This document shows, piece by piece, positions 10,550-20,988 of a stretch of DNA of 51,617 bases. The stretch comes from Thermoplasmata archaeon (lineage in GTDB: Archaea; Thermoplasmatota; Thermoplasmata; Lutacidiplasmatales; UBA184), in NCBI GenBank assembly GCA_030037735.1, contig JASHQC010000088.1, positions 1 through 51,617 on the forward strand, written 5' to 3'. The number at the start of each line of letters is the position of its first letter. Position 1 is the stretch's first letter. The translations under genes were made by a program, and so were the position numbers. Under the pieces are notes generated by a model that was given only the letters and a program-made list of their open reading frames with translations, had not been told where the DNA came from and made no database searches.

Positions 10550-11425
10550 ATGAAACTCCTCATCACCGGCGCGGCGGGATTCATCGGCGCCCACTGTGTG
10601 AGGTACTTCACGGCGCAGGGCCACGACGTTGTTGCAACCGATATCGCCGCGAGGAACGGAATCCTCGCGCTCGACGTCGCCGACCCCGTGGCGGTCCACT
10701 CGATGGTCGCGTCGACCCGACCTCAAGTGATACTGCATCTCGCCGCTTTGGCGTCCGTTCCCCTCTGCGAGTCGGACCCGGAGACCTGCTGGAAAACCAA
10801 CCTACAGGGAACGGTATACATGGCCCAGGCCGCAGCGTACGGCGGCGCTCGAATCGTGTTCTTCTCGACGGCCGCCGTGTATGGCAAGCCCGACCAGCTC
10901 CCCACGCCGGTCACCGCGCCGGTCGCCCCCACGAATCTTTACGGGCTTTCGAAGGGCGGCGGCGAGCTCGCGGTCCGGGGATTCGCGAAGGACCACGTGG
11001 TGCTTCGGCTGTTCAACATCTACGGCGAGGGATGCGCTCGTTCGTACGTCATTCCGGACCTCATTCTGAAGCTCCGCTCGACCGATGGCGAGCTGCTGCT
11101 GCAGGGAACCGGCAACGAGTCGCGCGATTTCCTGTACATTTCGGATCTGCTGCGACTAATCGAAGCGGCCCTTTCGGCTCCCTCCGGGTCCGTCTACAAC
11201 GCCGGATCGGGCACGACGATCACCATCCGCGAGCTCGCCGCCCGCGTCGCCCGATTGGCCGGGCGGCCCGGAACGACCTTCCGGTTCTCGGGCCCACGCG
11301 CGGGAGACTTCCCCATCAATTTCGCAGACATCTCTCCGGGGAACGTGCCGCCCGGTTGGAAACCGCTCGTGTCGCTGGAGGACGGCGTCCGCCGGATGAT
11401 CCGAGAACAGACTCCGCCTAGCTGA
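10550..11425 (+). CDS. NAD-dependent epimerase/dehydratase (extended SDR)
   Basis: ITGAAGFIG, HLAALASV, STAAVYG, YGLSK, RLFNIYG, RDFLYISD. Confidence 0.88.
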   Translation: MKLLITGAAGFIGAHCVRYFTAQGHDVVATDIAARNGILALDVADPVAVHSMVASTRPQVILHLAALASVPLCESDPETCWKTNLQGTVYMAQAAAYGGARIVFFSTAAVYGKPDQLPTPVTAPVAPTNLYGLSKGGGELAVRGFAKDHVVLRLFNIYGEGCARSYVIPDLILKLRSTDGELLLQGTGNESRDFLYISDLLRLIEAALSAPSGSVYNAGSGTTITIRELAARVARLAGRPGTTFRFSGPRAGDFPINFADISPGNVPPGWKPLVSLEDGVRRMIREQTPPS

Positions 11426-11486
11426 AGGAGCGTGGGCCGATGCACTCCCCTCCATCGCAGATCCGTCACCCCCTGGAACGCGGTCC

Positions 11487-12698
11487 GTGAAGGTTTGCTT
11501 CCTCGCGCCCGAACTGCTCCCCAACCGCGGAGGAGTTGGCAGTTACTGCATCGGCCTAATCCGCGAACTGTCCCGCCGCGTGGAGGTCGTGGTCGTTTCG
11601 CCTCGGCGATGGGAGGGTTCGGAAACGTACGGCGCGCCGGAGATCGAGGCCTATTTCGACCACCAGGTCCGGGCGGAGGTCATCTCGGAGTCCCGCGATT
11701 CTTTCGTCTACAATGCGCGCTTCCAGGCGGCCCTGCTGCGCCAGTTCCCCACTCTCGAGCGAGCCGAACGGTTCGACCTGGTGCACTCCCAGCACGCCCA
11801 TATGCCCGACCTCCTCTCGGGAGCCCTGAACCCCACCCCCCCGACCGTGCGGACGGTCCACAGCACGATCGAGGGACAGCGCGAGGGAATTCGCGAGGCA
11901 GACCGCCAGGGCGGTGGCCGGGACACTGCAGATCAGTGGCAGATCGCCCTGGCACCGTTCCTGGCGGGGGCCGAACGATCGGTTCTGGGCCGGCGCCACG
12001 ACCAGTATCTCGCGGTTTCGGACTGGACCCGAGAACAGCTGTTGGGGCTGGGCATTGCGGGGGAACGTATCCGCGTCGCTCACTGCGGCGTCGACCCCAA
12101 GATTTTCCGCCCCGAGCTGCGAGAGCCAGGGTTGCTCAAGGGACCCGGCGCCCAACACGTGGTGTTATTTCCTAGCCGGTTGACCATGATTAGAGGATCT
12201 GCCGTCTTGGCCAAGGCGATTCCGTTGGTACTGCGAGAGGTCCCCGATACGGTGTTCGTCATCACCGGACGGAAGTCGGACGACGCCCGGAAGGTCCTTC
12301 CGTTGCCACCGGAATCCGAGGAGCACGTTCGCTTCTTGGGACACCAGCCGTACGACCGGCTCCCAACGATCTATGCCTCCTCGGATGTGGTCGTGGTTCC
12401 GACGTTCTACGACAATTTTCCCATCCGGGTCCTCGAAGCCCTGGCCTCGGGCGTCCCGGTCGTGGCGAGTCCGGTAGGAGGGATTCCGGAGGTGGTTTTG
12501 CAGGAAAAGACGGGGCTCTTGACCGCTACCGGATCCGCTCCTGCCCTCGCGGAGGGAGTGATCCGGCTCCTCCGCGATGAGGACCTCCGGGACCGGCTCG
12601 GAAGGCAGGGGCGGGCCCTCGTGGCCGAGCAATTCACCTGGCGACGGGCGGCGGACATCACCCTCGAAGCCTACCAGACTGTGGCCGCCGCCGGTTAG
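11487..12698 (+). CDS. Glycosyltransferase family 4
   Basis: RGGVG, HCGVD, PTFYDNFPIRVLEALASGVPVV. Confidence 0.9.
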   Translation: MKVCFLAPELLPNRGGVGSYCIGLIRELSRRVEVVVVSPRRWEGSETYGAPEIEAYFDHQVRAEVISESRDSFVYNARFQAALLRQFPTLERAERFDLVHSQHAHMPDLLSGALNPTPPTVRTVHSTIEGQREGIREADRQGGGRDTADQWQIALAPFLAGAERSVLGRRHDQYLAVSDWTREQLLGLGIAGERIRVAHCGVDPKIFRPELREPGLLKGPGAQHVVLFPSRLTMIRGSAVLAKAIPLVLREVPDTVFVITGRKSDDARKVLPLPPESEEHVRFLGHQPYDRLPTIYASSDVVVVPTFYDNFPIRVLEALASGVPVVASPVGGIPEVVLQEKTGLLTATGSAPALAEGVIRLLRDEDLRDRLGRQGRALVAEQFTWRRAADITLEAYQTVAAAG

Positions 12699-12876
12699 GG
12701 TCACCCCCCCTCCACCGTGTCCCCCGGGCGCAAGGTGGGCCCGGGGGCGCGGTGAGGGGTGTCTGGCGAGCCCCGCGGGTTCTCGATGCATATATCAGCC
12801 AGAACCGCGTGTTACGCCTCCCCCCATCGGGGGGCGGGGGAGCCGGCGCCTCCCCCGCGAACGGGAGGTTGCCCGG

Positions 12877-15800
12877 GTGGAGCGGGGAAGAGAGATCGCT
12901 GGCTCGCCGGCCCTGAGTCGCTCGACCCGGGTCCGGCTGGAGGGAAGCGGTATCGCGCTCGCCGCGGCGTTCCTCGTCCTCGGCATGTTAGGCCTCCCCG
13001 CGTCGCCTCTCGCCGACGCCGGGTCTTCGGGGGTATCCGCCGCGGGGTCGGGCATTGCCGACCTTACGAATATCAGCGTGAGCAATGTCTCGCTCGAGGG
13101 CCCGGGTTCCCACTTCTGGGCCGTGTCGGTCGAGGGAGGCAACCCGGACCCCAACACCGCGTCGTTCAAGGGCTTCCTGAACGCGTCTCCCTTCACCGTG
13201 CTGCGGTACGGGGCGACTTGGGTCGACGAGGAGAACTGGTCGCGGGGATGCCTATACAGCGGGACCTCGACCTGCGAGCCAGTGCAAAACAACGTCACCG
13301 ATTACGCCCACCTCTGTCTCTCCTCCCCACGCTACTACTGTATCCTGGGCGTCCCCGCCGAGATCAACAACGTTTCCACGATGGCCTATGAGGTCGAGTG
13401 GCTCCAACGCACGACCGGTTGGGAACCCAACTGCTGGGCAATCGGGAATGAGCCGGCGGTGTGGACTCACTTTGGAATTCCGTGGAAATCTTGGCAATCG
13501 ACCGATAAGCGGACCCCTACCGCGGCCCAGTTTGCCCGCGTCGCGGAAAATTACACCGACACCCTGCGCTCGATCGACGGCCCCGGCACCTGCATCATCG
13601 GACTCGAGTCGAATGAGCCGATCTCCAACATCGAGTCCTTCACGAATGCCGTGACGACCGCGGTACCCAACGACACGGCCGTCTCCTTCCATTCCTATCC
13701 CGACAACGAGTGCACGCTCGATGGGGTAAAGGGAACAACCGCCCCGATCACCCAGCTCCTCTCCCCGGCGAACCTCACGCTCACCCTAGCCTCCTACAAC
13801 GACTCGGTGGCCTACGCGCACGGCCTTCCCGTGTACCTCCAAGAATTCAACATGGGTCACTCGAAGACCCCCACGTCGTGCAATCCGTTTGTGACCGGAT
13901 ACACGGACGCCGTGTTCACCTCCGCCGTCGTCGCTCAGGCGCTCACGTACGGGGTTCCCGAGTTCACTTTCTTCCACTTCGACTGCTACACGCCGGGTTG
14001 CCTCGTGAACGAGAGCACGGGGGTCCCCACTCCCACCTACTGGCTTTACACGGACCTGCTCTCCCAGATGGATCTCGAGCAAATCTCCGCGGTGAACTTT
14101 ACGGAGGGCGGGAGCCCGGAGACCTTCGCCGTTCTGGGAGAGAACGGAACCCACGACCGGACGCTGTTGCTCTCCAACGCCCAACCATACGGATGGCTCA
14201 ACCTCAGCGTCGCCTCGTTCCTGCCTTCCCTCCCCACGGACTGGCAGATGCAAGTCATCTCCCAGAACGCGGAGACCGGGGTGACGACCTCCCCAGTGTG
14301 GAACTTGACGACCGCGCCCGCCACTCTCGAGATCCGGAACCAGAGCACCGTGCTCGTGCATTTCTGGAGCAGCCTCCCCTTCTCTTCACCCGTGACCTTC
14401 ACGGAGACCGGACTGCCGGCCGGGACGACTTGGTCCGTAAGCCTCCCCGGTCAGGACCCGATCGAAACAACGATTCCGAGCTCCGGCAGTCCGGACCCCA
14501 CGATCACTCTGAGCGACGGGTCGTATTCCTTTTCCGAAGCGAGCTCGAACAGCTCCTGGGCCCCTCCTCCGGCCTTTCCGACCTTTTTCGTCGATGGTTC
14601 TTCCCTTACCATCCCGATCGCCTTCTCGCTGGTGACGTACCCGGTACAGTTCACCCAGACGGGTCTCCCCGACGGGACGGACTGGACGGTGACCTTCAAC
14701 GGCACCTCGTTGACGGGCACGACCTCGCCGACCCCCGACCCGCTCCTCTTCCCTGCGGTCCCCAACGGCACCTACTCGTACTCGATCGCCGACGTACCGG
14801 GATTCCATGAGACCACCCTTCCGTACACCGGTATCCTTACCGTCGTCGGGGCCGCTCTGGCCGAGACCATCGCCTTCAACTCGGTCAATTACACCGCCAC
14901 GATCTCGGAGTCGGGATTACCCTCCGGTCGTACGTGGAGCGTCACGCTGAACGGAACCCCGATGAGCCTCACAACCAATGGAGGGGCCGACACCCTTTCC
15001 TGGACCGGCCTGGAGAACGGGACCTACGCCTACGCTATCGCCGACAACTCGGGCTGGCACCAAACGGATCTCGCCTACAGCGGCTCGATTGTTGTGGATG
15101 GCGGGGTGCAGGCAATCGACGGCACCGGTATGGGCTACACCGACTCGTTGGCCTACACCCTGGTAACCTACGAGGCGACGTTCAGCGAATCGACGTTGCC
15201 GTCCGGGCTGACCTGGCAAATCATCCTCAACGGGATCACGCAGCAGCTCACCACCAATGGAGGGCTCGATACGCTGACCTGGTCGGGGTTGGCGAACGGC
15301 ACCTATAGCTACGCCATCTCGGACATCTCCGGTTGGCACCAGACGACCTTGCCCCAGAGCGGCGAACTGGTTGTGGATGGCCAGAACGCCGCCATCGATG
15401 GCACAGGAATCGGCGCGGCGTGGACGCTCGTCTACGGGGAGGCGACGTACTCGGTGACGTTCTCCGAGAGCGGGCTGCCTTCCGGTCTCCCCTGGAGTGT
15501 GACCTTCGATGGGGCGCCGTTGAGCCTCACGACGGACGGGGGGACCGACGCGCTGACGTTCAACGTGCCGAACGGCACGTACGCCTACTCGATCGTGGGG
15601 ACCCCGGGGTCCCACGAGAGCACGATCCCATATGCTGGCACGGAGACGGTTGCCGGAGCGGACGTGGTGGTGGGGGTGACCTACGTTCCAGTGACCTATT
15701 CGGTCTCGTTCACGGAGAGCGGTCTGCCCTCGGGCCTTCTCTGGACGCTGACGGTGAACGGGGCGGCGGAGGGGCTCACGACCGACGGCGGCACCGACAC

Positions 15801-16716
15801 ACTCACGTTCCTCGAACCCAACGGCACGTACGCGTACTCGATCACGGGCTCCCCCGGCTGGCACCAGAAGGCCCTTCCGTATACCGGCAGCGTCACGGTG
15901 AGCAACGCCTCCGTGACGGAGCCGACGTTGGCCTACGCCGCGGTCACCTACAAGGCGACGTTCACCGAGAGCGGTCTCCCATCCGGGACCGAGTGGTCGA
16001 TCGGGATCGATGGCCAGACACTCACGTCGACCACCACGAAAATCGTCGCGGTCTTGGGCAACGGGACCTTTCCCTTTACCGTGAGCGACGTTCCGGCGTA
16101 CACGTCGACGCCGGCGACGGGGAGCATCACCATTTCCGGGGCCTCCGTCAGTCGAACGCTGAAGTTCGCCACGTCGGACTATACGATCACCTTCGCCGAG
16201 GGGGGGCTTCCCTCCGGCACCCAATGGTGCGTCGTGCTCACCCCGTCCGATGACTCGTTCTGCTCCACGACAACGACCATCCAGGTTCTCCAGCCGGATG
16301 GCTCGTACGACTACTCGATCACCGCAATCCCGGGCTACCACATCAAGACGGGTTCCTACGCTGGCGTCGTCACGGTAAACGGCGCCAACCCGGCCCGGAT
16401 CACGGTCAAGTGGACGGCGGTGGAGTACACCGTGAAGTTCGCCGAAACGGGACTCCCGAAGGACACGAGCTGGTCGGTGACCGTCGACGGGAAGACCAAG
16501 TCGGGCACGGCGAAGTCGATCTCGTTCAGCCTGGCGAACGCGACCTACGCGTTCACGATCACGGCCTCGGGATATTCGGCGAAGTCCACCCCGGCGAGCC
16601 CCCTGACGGTGGCGGGTGGCGGCGTGACCGTGGCAGTAACGTTCAGCGCGAGTGGCTCGTCGTCGAGCCCCGCGGGAACTGCGGCGAGCGAAGTCGGCCT
16701 TTCCCGACGGGAGTGA
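12877..16716 (+). CDS. Secreted GH-A-like hydrolase (paralog 2) fused to nine thermopsin-type Ig-like repeats
   Basis: GTG 12877 preceded by GGAGGT; signal peptide; WAIGNEP, SFHSYP and VYLQEFN; then nine F.E.GLP.G..W repeats; no C-terminal TM helix. Confidence 0.8.
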   Translation: MERGREIAGSPALSRSTRVRLEGSGIALAAAFLVLGMLGLPASPLADAGSSGVSAAGSGIADLTNISVSNVSLEGPGSHFWAVSVEGGNPDPNTASFKGFLNASPFTVLRYGATWVDEENWSRGCLYSGTSTCEPVQNNVTDYAHLCLSSPRYYCILGVPAEINNVSTMAYEVEWLQRTTGWEPNCWAIGNEPAVWTHFGIPWKSWQSTDKRTPTAAQFARVAENYTDTLRSIDGPGTCIIGLESNEPISNIESFTNAVTTAVPNDTAVSFHSYPDNECTLDGVKGTTAPITQLLSPANLTLTLASYNDSVAYAHGLPVYLQEFNMGHSKTPTSCNPFVTGYTDAVFTSAVVAQALTYGVPEFTFFHFDCYTPGCLVNESTGVPTPTYWLYTDLLSQMDLEQISAVNFTEGGSPETFAVLGENGTHDRTLLLSNAQPYGWLNLSVASFLPSLPTDWQMQVISQNAETGVTTSPVWNLTTAPATLEIRNQSTVLVHFWSSLPFSSPVTFTETGLPAGTTWSVSLPGQDPIETTIPSSGSPDPTITLSDGSYSFSEASSNSSWAPPPAFPTFFVDGSSLTIPIAFSLVTYPVQFTQTGLPDGTDWTVTFNGTSLTGTTSPTPDPLLFPAVPNGTYSYSIADVPGFHETTLPYTGILTVVGAALAETIAFNSVNYTATISESGLPSGRTWSVTLNGTPMSLTTNGGADTLSWTGLENGTYAYAIADNSGWHQTDLAYSGSIVVDGGVQAIDGTGMGYTDSLAYTLVTYEATFSESTLPSGLTWQIILNGITQQLTTNGGLDTLTWSGLANGTYSYAISDISGWHQTTLPQSGELVVDGQNAAIDGTGIGAAWTLVYGEATYSVTFSESGLPSGLPWSVTFDGAPLSLTTDGGTDALTFNVPNGTYAYSIVGTPGSHESTIPYAGTETVAGADVVVGVTYVPVTYSVSFTESGLPSGLLWTLTVNGAAEGLTTDGGTDTLTFLEPNGTYAYSITGSPGWHQKALPYTGSVTVSNASVTEPTLAYAAVTYKATFTESGLPSGTEWSIGIDGQTLTSTTTKIVAVLGNGTFPFTVSDVPAYTSTPATGSITISGASVSRTLKFATSDYTITFAEGGLPSGTQWCVVLTPSDDSFCSTTTTIQVLQPDGSYDYSITAIPGYHIKTGSYAGVVTVNGANPARITVKWTAVEYTVKFAETGLPKDTSWSVTVDGKTKSGTAKSISFSLANATYAFTITASGYSAKSTPASPLTVAGGGVTVAVTFSASGSSSSPAGTAASEVGLSRRE
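14389..16650 (+). repeat. Nine coding repeats of about 75-100 aa (VTFTESGLPSG..W.V..NG....NGTY.Y.I)
   Basis: Counted directly in the translation; boundaries approximate. Confidence 0.8.
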
Positions 16717-16738
16717 GCGGCGCCGCCGCTCGACCGCA

Positions 16739-18166
16739 TCAGCCGACCTGCGCGTACCCGCCCACCGAACGTTCGTAGTAAAAGAAGTTCCAGCTTGGCG
16801 GGACCCCGACGGCGAACGGGATCATGTATTCCGGTCCTAGCCGGACCGGGACACTGAGATTCCCTCCCGTGATCCGAAGGTTGGCGAAGGAGCCGTTGAA
16901 GAAATACCGAGAGACCGGGACCTTGGACGAAGACTGCCACTCGATCTGGGTATAGGCCGCGACGAACGCCGGTCCGGTGTACGGTATCGTGGCCGTCCAC
17001 CGGGCGTCCGGGGCGCTGACATTGTGGTCGATCAATGTGAAGACGATCTCCTGTAGGGCCGGCACGCGTTCGATCGTGAGGGTCAACACCGTGCCCGGCG
17101 GCGACGGGAATCCGGAACTGACGACCCCAATCTGGCTTTCCTGGAAGTAGAACGGATTGCACGCCTTGGGGACGTACCAGGGCGCGATATGGCCGTTCGG
17201 ATCCAGGTCGACGCCGAGCTGAAAGAACCCGTGGCACGTCGCGTAGTCGGCTCCGCCGGGATTCATCGCGTTGATCTGGACGCTCAAGATCCCCGTGCGG
17301 GGAACGTTCCAGTTCGCGAGACGAATCGTGCCTGACAGGGTGTCGAAGTGCGGGAGCAGGGTAACCAGGACCCCCGAGCCCTGGCCATATCCGTCGCTCG
17401 GGTTCGGAGCGAACTGGTCGTTCAGCGCCTCGGCGATCTCGTACGTCGTGAGGATGTAGTCCGTGTACGCGACTTGACCCGCGGTCGTCAGAATGAGCGC
17501 TTCGGTGTACCGCCCTGCCGCCGGAACGGAAAGGCCGACAGTGGCCGGGAACGCGGTCTGGTCGACAAAGACGTCCATCCGCCATTTCGCCGCCGTAGAG
17601 TTCGCCCCGTTCACTCGGTAGACGTTGGCCGTCACGTACGTCCATCCCGGGGGCTGGGCGGTCCCGCGCGGCACCGGTCCGAGGTCTGAGAGGTGCGTCA
17701 CTCCGGGCCCTGCCCAGATCTGGCCCCCTCCAACTCCGATGAGGAGTACGGGCGCGCCGCTCGCACCCAGTCCGATGAATCCGGAAGCCCCGGGCCCCGT
17801 GTGGATCTCGCCTTGAATCGAGAGGAACGGCTGGCCCACCACGATGCCGCGGGTGGCGAGATCGAGCTGGGGGTGATCTCCGGCGGACGAAACCAACGAC
17901 GGCTCGCCGGCGTAGCTGGGCCGGTTTTGAACGGTGAAGGAGCCTTCGAGCGCCCGCCAGCCATCGGCCTGGAGATCTTCAAAGGTCGAGACAAAGGCAA
18001 ACGCCCCCCGGGGAGCGAACGCGGCGGCCGACGGACCGCGCACTTCCCGTACGGGTGCGAGGGACTGGGCGGCGGACCCCGGAAGCGCTGCCACGGCGGG
18101 AATCAGCAAAGCCGACGCGAGAAGTAATGCCATGATGGGCCGAGAAGGACGGTGACCGGCCCGCAC
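16739..18166 (-). CDS. Secreted hypothetical protein, beta-rich
   Basis: Signal peptide MALLLASALLIPAVAA; long ORF with protein-like composition; no family recognised with confidence. Alternative start ATG 18133. Confidence 0.7.
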   Translation of the reverse strand: MRAGHRPSRPIMALLLASALLIPAVAALPGSAAQSLAPVREVRGPSAAAFAPRGAFAFVSTFEDLQADGWRALEGSFTVQNRPSYAGEPSLVSSAGDHPQLDLATRGIVVGQPFLSIQGEIHTGPGASGFIGLGASGAPVLLIGVGGGQIWAGPGVTHLSDLGPVPRGTAQPPGWTYVTANVYRVNGANSTAAKWRMDVFVDQTAFPATVGLSVPAAGRYTEALILTTAGQVAYTDYILTTYEIAEALNDQFAPNPSDGYGQGSGVLVTLLPHFDTLSGTIRLANWNVPRTGILSVQINAMNPGGADYATCHGFFQLGVDLDPNGHIAPWYVPKACNPFYFQESQIGVVSSGFPSPPGTVLTLTIERVPALQEIVFTLIDHNVSAPDARWTATIPYTGPAFVAAYTQIEWQSSSKVPVSRYFFNGSFANLRITGGNLSVPVRLGPEYMIPFAVGVPPSWNFFYYERSVGGYAQVG

Positions 18167-18294
18167 ATCCTCGCGTATCCGCTTTGGCTATTACTCACCT
18201 TCTGGAAAGGAGCGGCAGGGTGCCTCCATGCGCCCGGCACTTCGCAGTCGCCTGGCCTTGGCCGGTGCGTGAACGAAGCCCTCGGTAGAGGCCC

Positions 18295-19266
18295 TCACGT
18301 ACCGGTGCGCCGTCGGTAGCCGTAGAGCCGGGCGAGCCATCCCGAACTGAGCCAAAAGAGCGCCCGGCTGGCACGGGGCAATCGGGTCGTCCAGCCGAAA
18401 TCCCCCTTCAGCACGATGGATCCCTGGAGGCGATTGCGGTTCCCGGCGGCGATATGCCGCATTGGGATCGGTTCCTGCGCTTCCACCCGCGCGATGACTG
18501 CGCTCAGGTCCACGCCCGCGAACCGACCGATCCGCTCGAGGGTCTCTCGGGGATGCGTGACCAGGTCCTCATACCGAACCCGGAGATACCGGTTCCGATC
18601 TCCCGAGCAGAGGAGCGTAGCGAAGAGATTGCCCGCGACCCACCTCGCCACCACAAAGGGAGGGAACCGGATCCAAGGTCCTCCGGCTTCGGGACTGTCC
18701 TTCAGCTGCGACTCCGACCAGAGAAGCGCCCGGCCGTCCCGGACGAGGTGAAGGTATCTCACCGAGAGCCGTCGAGGGTCGTTCAGCCGATAGACCCAAC
18801 CGCGGAGGGCGCCGAGACTCGATTCCACGATCAGCCGAGAGCCGGTGTCCCGAGCCAGGATCCGAAGGAATGCCTCCATCGCCTCCGTGTGCCGTTGGAG
18901 TTCCCGTCGTGCGGCGCCCCGGGCTGACAACGTCCGGAGAAGCGAACTCCAGGTTTCATAGCGAAGCTGGCCGTTCCGCAGGTCTTGGAGGCGTTGCGCC
19001 TGCTCTAACTCCTGACGTACAGGCGCCCAAAGCGCGCAACTGAGCACCGGGCTCCCGCACGAACACAGCCGGGCCGGGTCCCCCGGGGTCCATATCGGTG
19101 AGGGAAAACGATACAGTTCGCCCACGAAGAAGATCTCCGGATGCCCGGCGAGCACGGCCCCGAGCGCCGTCGCTCCCGATTTGTGGTGTCCTACGATGTA
19201 CAGCAGCTCGAGCGGCGGAGTACCCGCGGCGGGAGCGGCTCTCTCGGCCAACGGGACCGCCGTCAC
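18295..19266 (-). CDS. PAPS-dependent sulfotransferase (Sulfotransfer_3-like)
   Basis: 5'-PSB loop YIVGHHKSGATAL, FVGEL, CSCG..C..W insert, 3'-PB motif HLVRDGRA, VRYEDLV..P. Start GTG 19266 after GGAGG (approximate). Confidence 0.85.
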   Translation of the reverse strand: MTAVPLAERAAPAAGTPPLELLYIVGHHKSGATALGAVLAGHPEIFFVGELYRFPSPIWTPGDPARLCSCGSPVLSCALWAPVRQELEQAQRLQDLRNGQLRYETWSSLLRTLSARGAARRELQRHTEAMEAFLRILARDTGSRLIVESSLGALRGWVYRLNDPRRLSVRYLHLVRDGRALLWSESQLKDSPEAGGPWIRFPPFVVARWVAGNLFATLLCSGDRNRYLRVRYEDLVTHPRETLERIGRFAGVDLSAVIARVEAQEPIPMRHIAAGNRNRLQGSIVLKGDFGWTTRLPRASRALFWLSSGWLARLYGYRRRTGT

Positions 19267-19602
19267 AAACCTCCGTCCCAAGAGGGGCCGATTTCGCTCC
19301 CGATCTTCATCCGCGATCTGCCCCCTTTAATTTGGCCCCTGGAGAGGGGATCTGAACTGCCCGAGGGACACCCGGGCCACGGCTCCTCCGTTCCTCCGGA
19401 ACCCTCTGCTCGCTCATAGTGCGGTGGTTGGGGCCCGGTTCCACTATCCCGGGAACCGCTGACGGGCATAAGACGGGTCGGGGCGGGTTGCCACCGCGAA
19501 AAGCCTTTCCACCGCTACGTCTGCGGCTCCCGGCCGCACGGCGGGATCGCTCCGGGTACCGGCGTCTACTCCGTCCCGGCGCCACTCCCCCTTCGTGGTT
19601 GG

Positions 19603-20781
19603 ATGGACGCCTTCATGGAACCAGCGCCGCACGGGGGAAAACTCGTTAACCGCCAGATGTCCGAGACCGAGAGAACTCGGCGCGAGGGGGAGCTGGGCGA
19701 CCTCCCCCAGCTCGTCCCTTTCGTGGACCAAATTTACGATACGGAGAAGATCGGGATAGGCGCCTACAGTCCCCTGGAAGGTTTCATGGACTCGGCCACG
19801 CTCGATTCGGTGCTCCGCGCAGGCCGGCTTCCGAATGGGCTGCCTTGGACTATGCCCGTGCTCCTCCCAATCCCCCCGGCCACCGACCCGGAGATTGCCG
19901 CGAGGCTTCAACCGGGAGAGGAGGTCGCCCTGCTGGACCCCGGCCGTCGGTTCCTCGGCCTGCTCCACGTGACCGAGCGGTTCCGTTACGACAAGAAAGC
20001 CCTCGCCCAATCGGTGTACGGAACGACCGACCCGGCCCATCCGAACGTGCAGGACCTGGCGACGGCGGGCGAGGAAACGCTCGCCGGAACAGTCGAACTG
20101 GCCCAGCGTCTGGCGTTGCCCCGGGGCCGATCCGAGATGACCCCGGCGGAGACACGGGCGGCATTTGCCGCCAAGGGATGGAAGAACGTGGCGGCGTACC
20201 AATGCCGGAACCCCCCGCACACCGCCCATGAGTACATCCAGCGGCTGACCCTGGAACGGGAGGACGTGGACGGCCTGCTCGTCCATCCGGTCGTCGGCCG
20301 GCTCAAGAAGGGAGACTACCGCCCGGAGGTGATCCTTCAGGCCTACGAAGCGCTGCTGACCCACTATTATCCCGCCGACCGCGTCCTGCTGAGTCCGCTC
20401 ACAATCTCGATGCGCTACGCCGGTCCGAAGGCGGCGCTCTTTCTGGCCATCGTCCGGAAGAACTACGGTTGTGGGCTCTACATTGTGGGACGGGACCAGG
20501 CCGGCGTGGGCCGATTCTACGCCCCGACGGCCGCGCACCGGATTTTCGACGAATACGATATCGGCGTGACCCCTCTTCGGTACGATGAGTCCTTTTTCTG
20601 CCGTTCTTGCGGTTGGATGGCGAGCGCGAAGACGTGCGCCCATCCTCCCTCCGACCGGATCGACACGAGCCAGACCCGCATCCGCAAGGCGCTAAGCGAC
20701 GGCGGCGAACTTCCGGTCGAGCTTCTCCGACCGGAGGTCGCGGCGATCCTCCGCGGGCCCGACGTCCTGCTCACGGAGTGA
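19603..20781 (+). CDS. sat: Sulfate adenylyltransferase (ATP sulfurylase)
   Basis: PHGGKL, YSPLEGFM, HPNV, QCRNPPHTAHE, MRYAGPK, RKNYGC, IVGRDQAG, Zn-site CRSC..CAH. Confidence 0.95.
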   Translation: MDAFMEPAPHGGKLVNRQMSETERTRREGELGDLPQLVPFVDQIYDTEKIGIGAYSPLEGFMDSATLDSVLRAGRLPNGLPWTMPVLLPIPPATDPEIAARLQPGEEVALLDPGRRFLGLLHVTERFRYDKKALAQSVYGTTDPAHPNVQDLATAGEETLAGTVELAQRLALPRGRSEMTPAETRAAFAAKGWKNVAAYQCRNPPHTAHEYIQRLTLEREDVDGLLVHPVVGRLKKGDYRPEVILQAYEALLTHYYPADRVLLSPLTISMRYAGPKAALFLAIVRKNYGCGLYIVGRDQAGVGRFYAPTAAHRIFDEYDIGVTPLRYDESFFCRSCGWMASAKTCAHPPSDRIDTSQTRIRKALSDGGELPVELLRPEVAAILRGPDVLLTE

Positions 20782-20988
20782 CAACCCCCGGCTCCCCGTG
20801 CCCCTCGCGTCGCAAGGATCCAGCGGACGCCTTCCTGATCCCGCCGGGCCGTTACAAAATCCTTGCCCAAGTTCCTCCGGTCTTCGGGTCCGATGGGGCC
20901 TCGACCGGGCGGGGAGAATACGTTCCCCTACGCATAGCGAAACGGCCATAAGCTAGGGTCACTCCTCCCGCGACCCTCAGGTGGTCGG

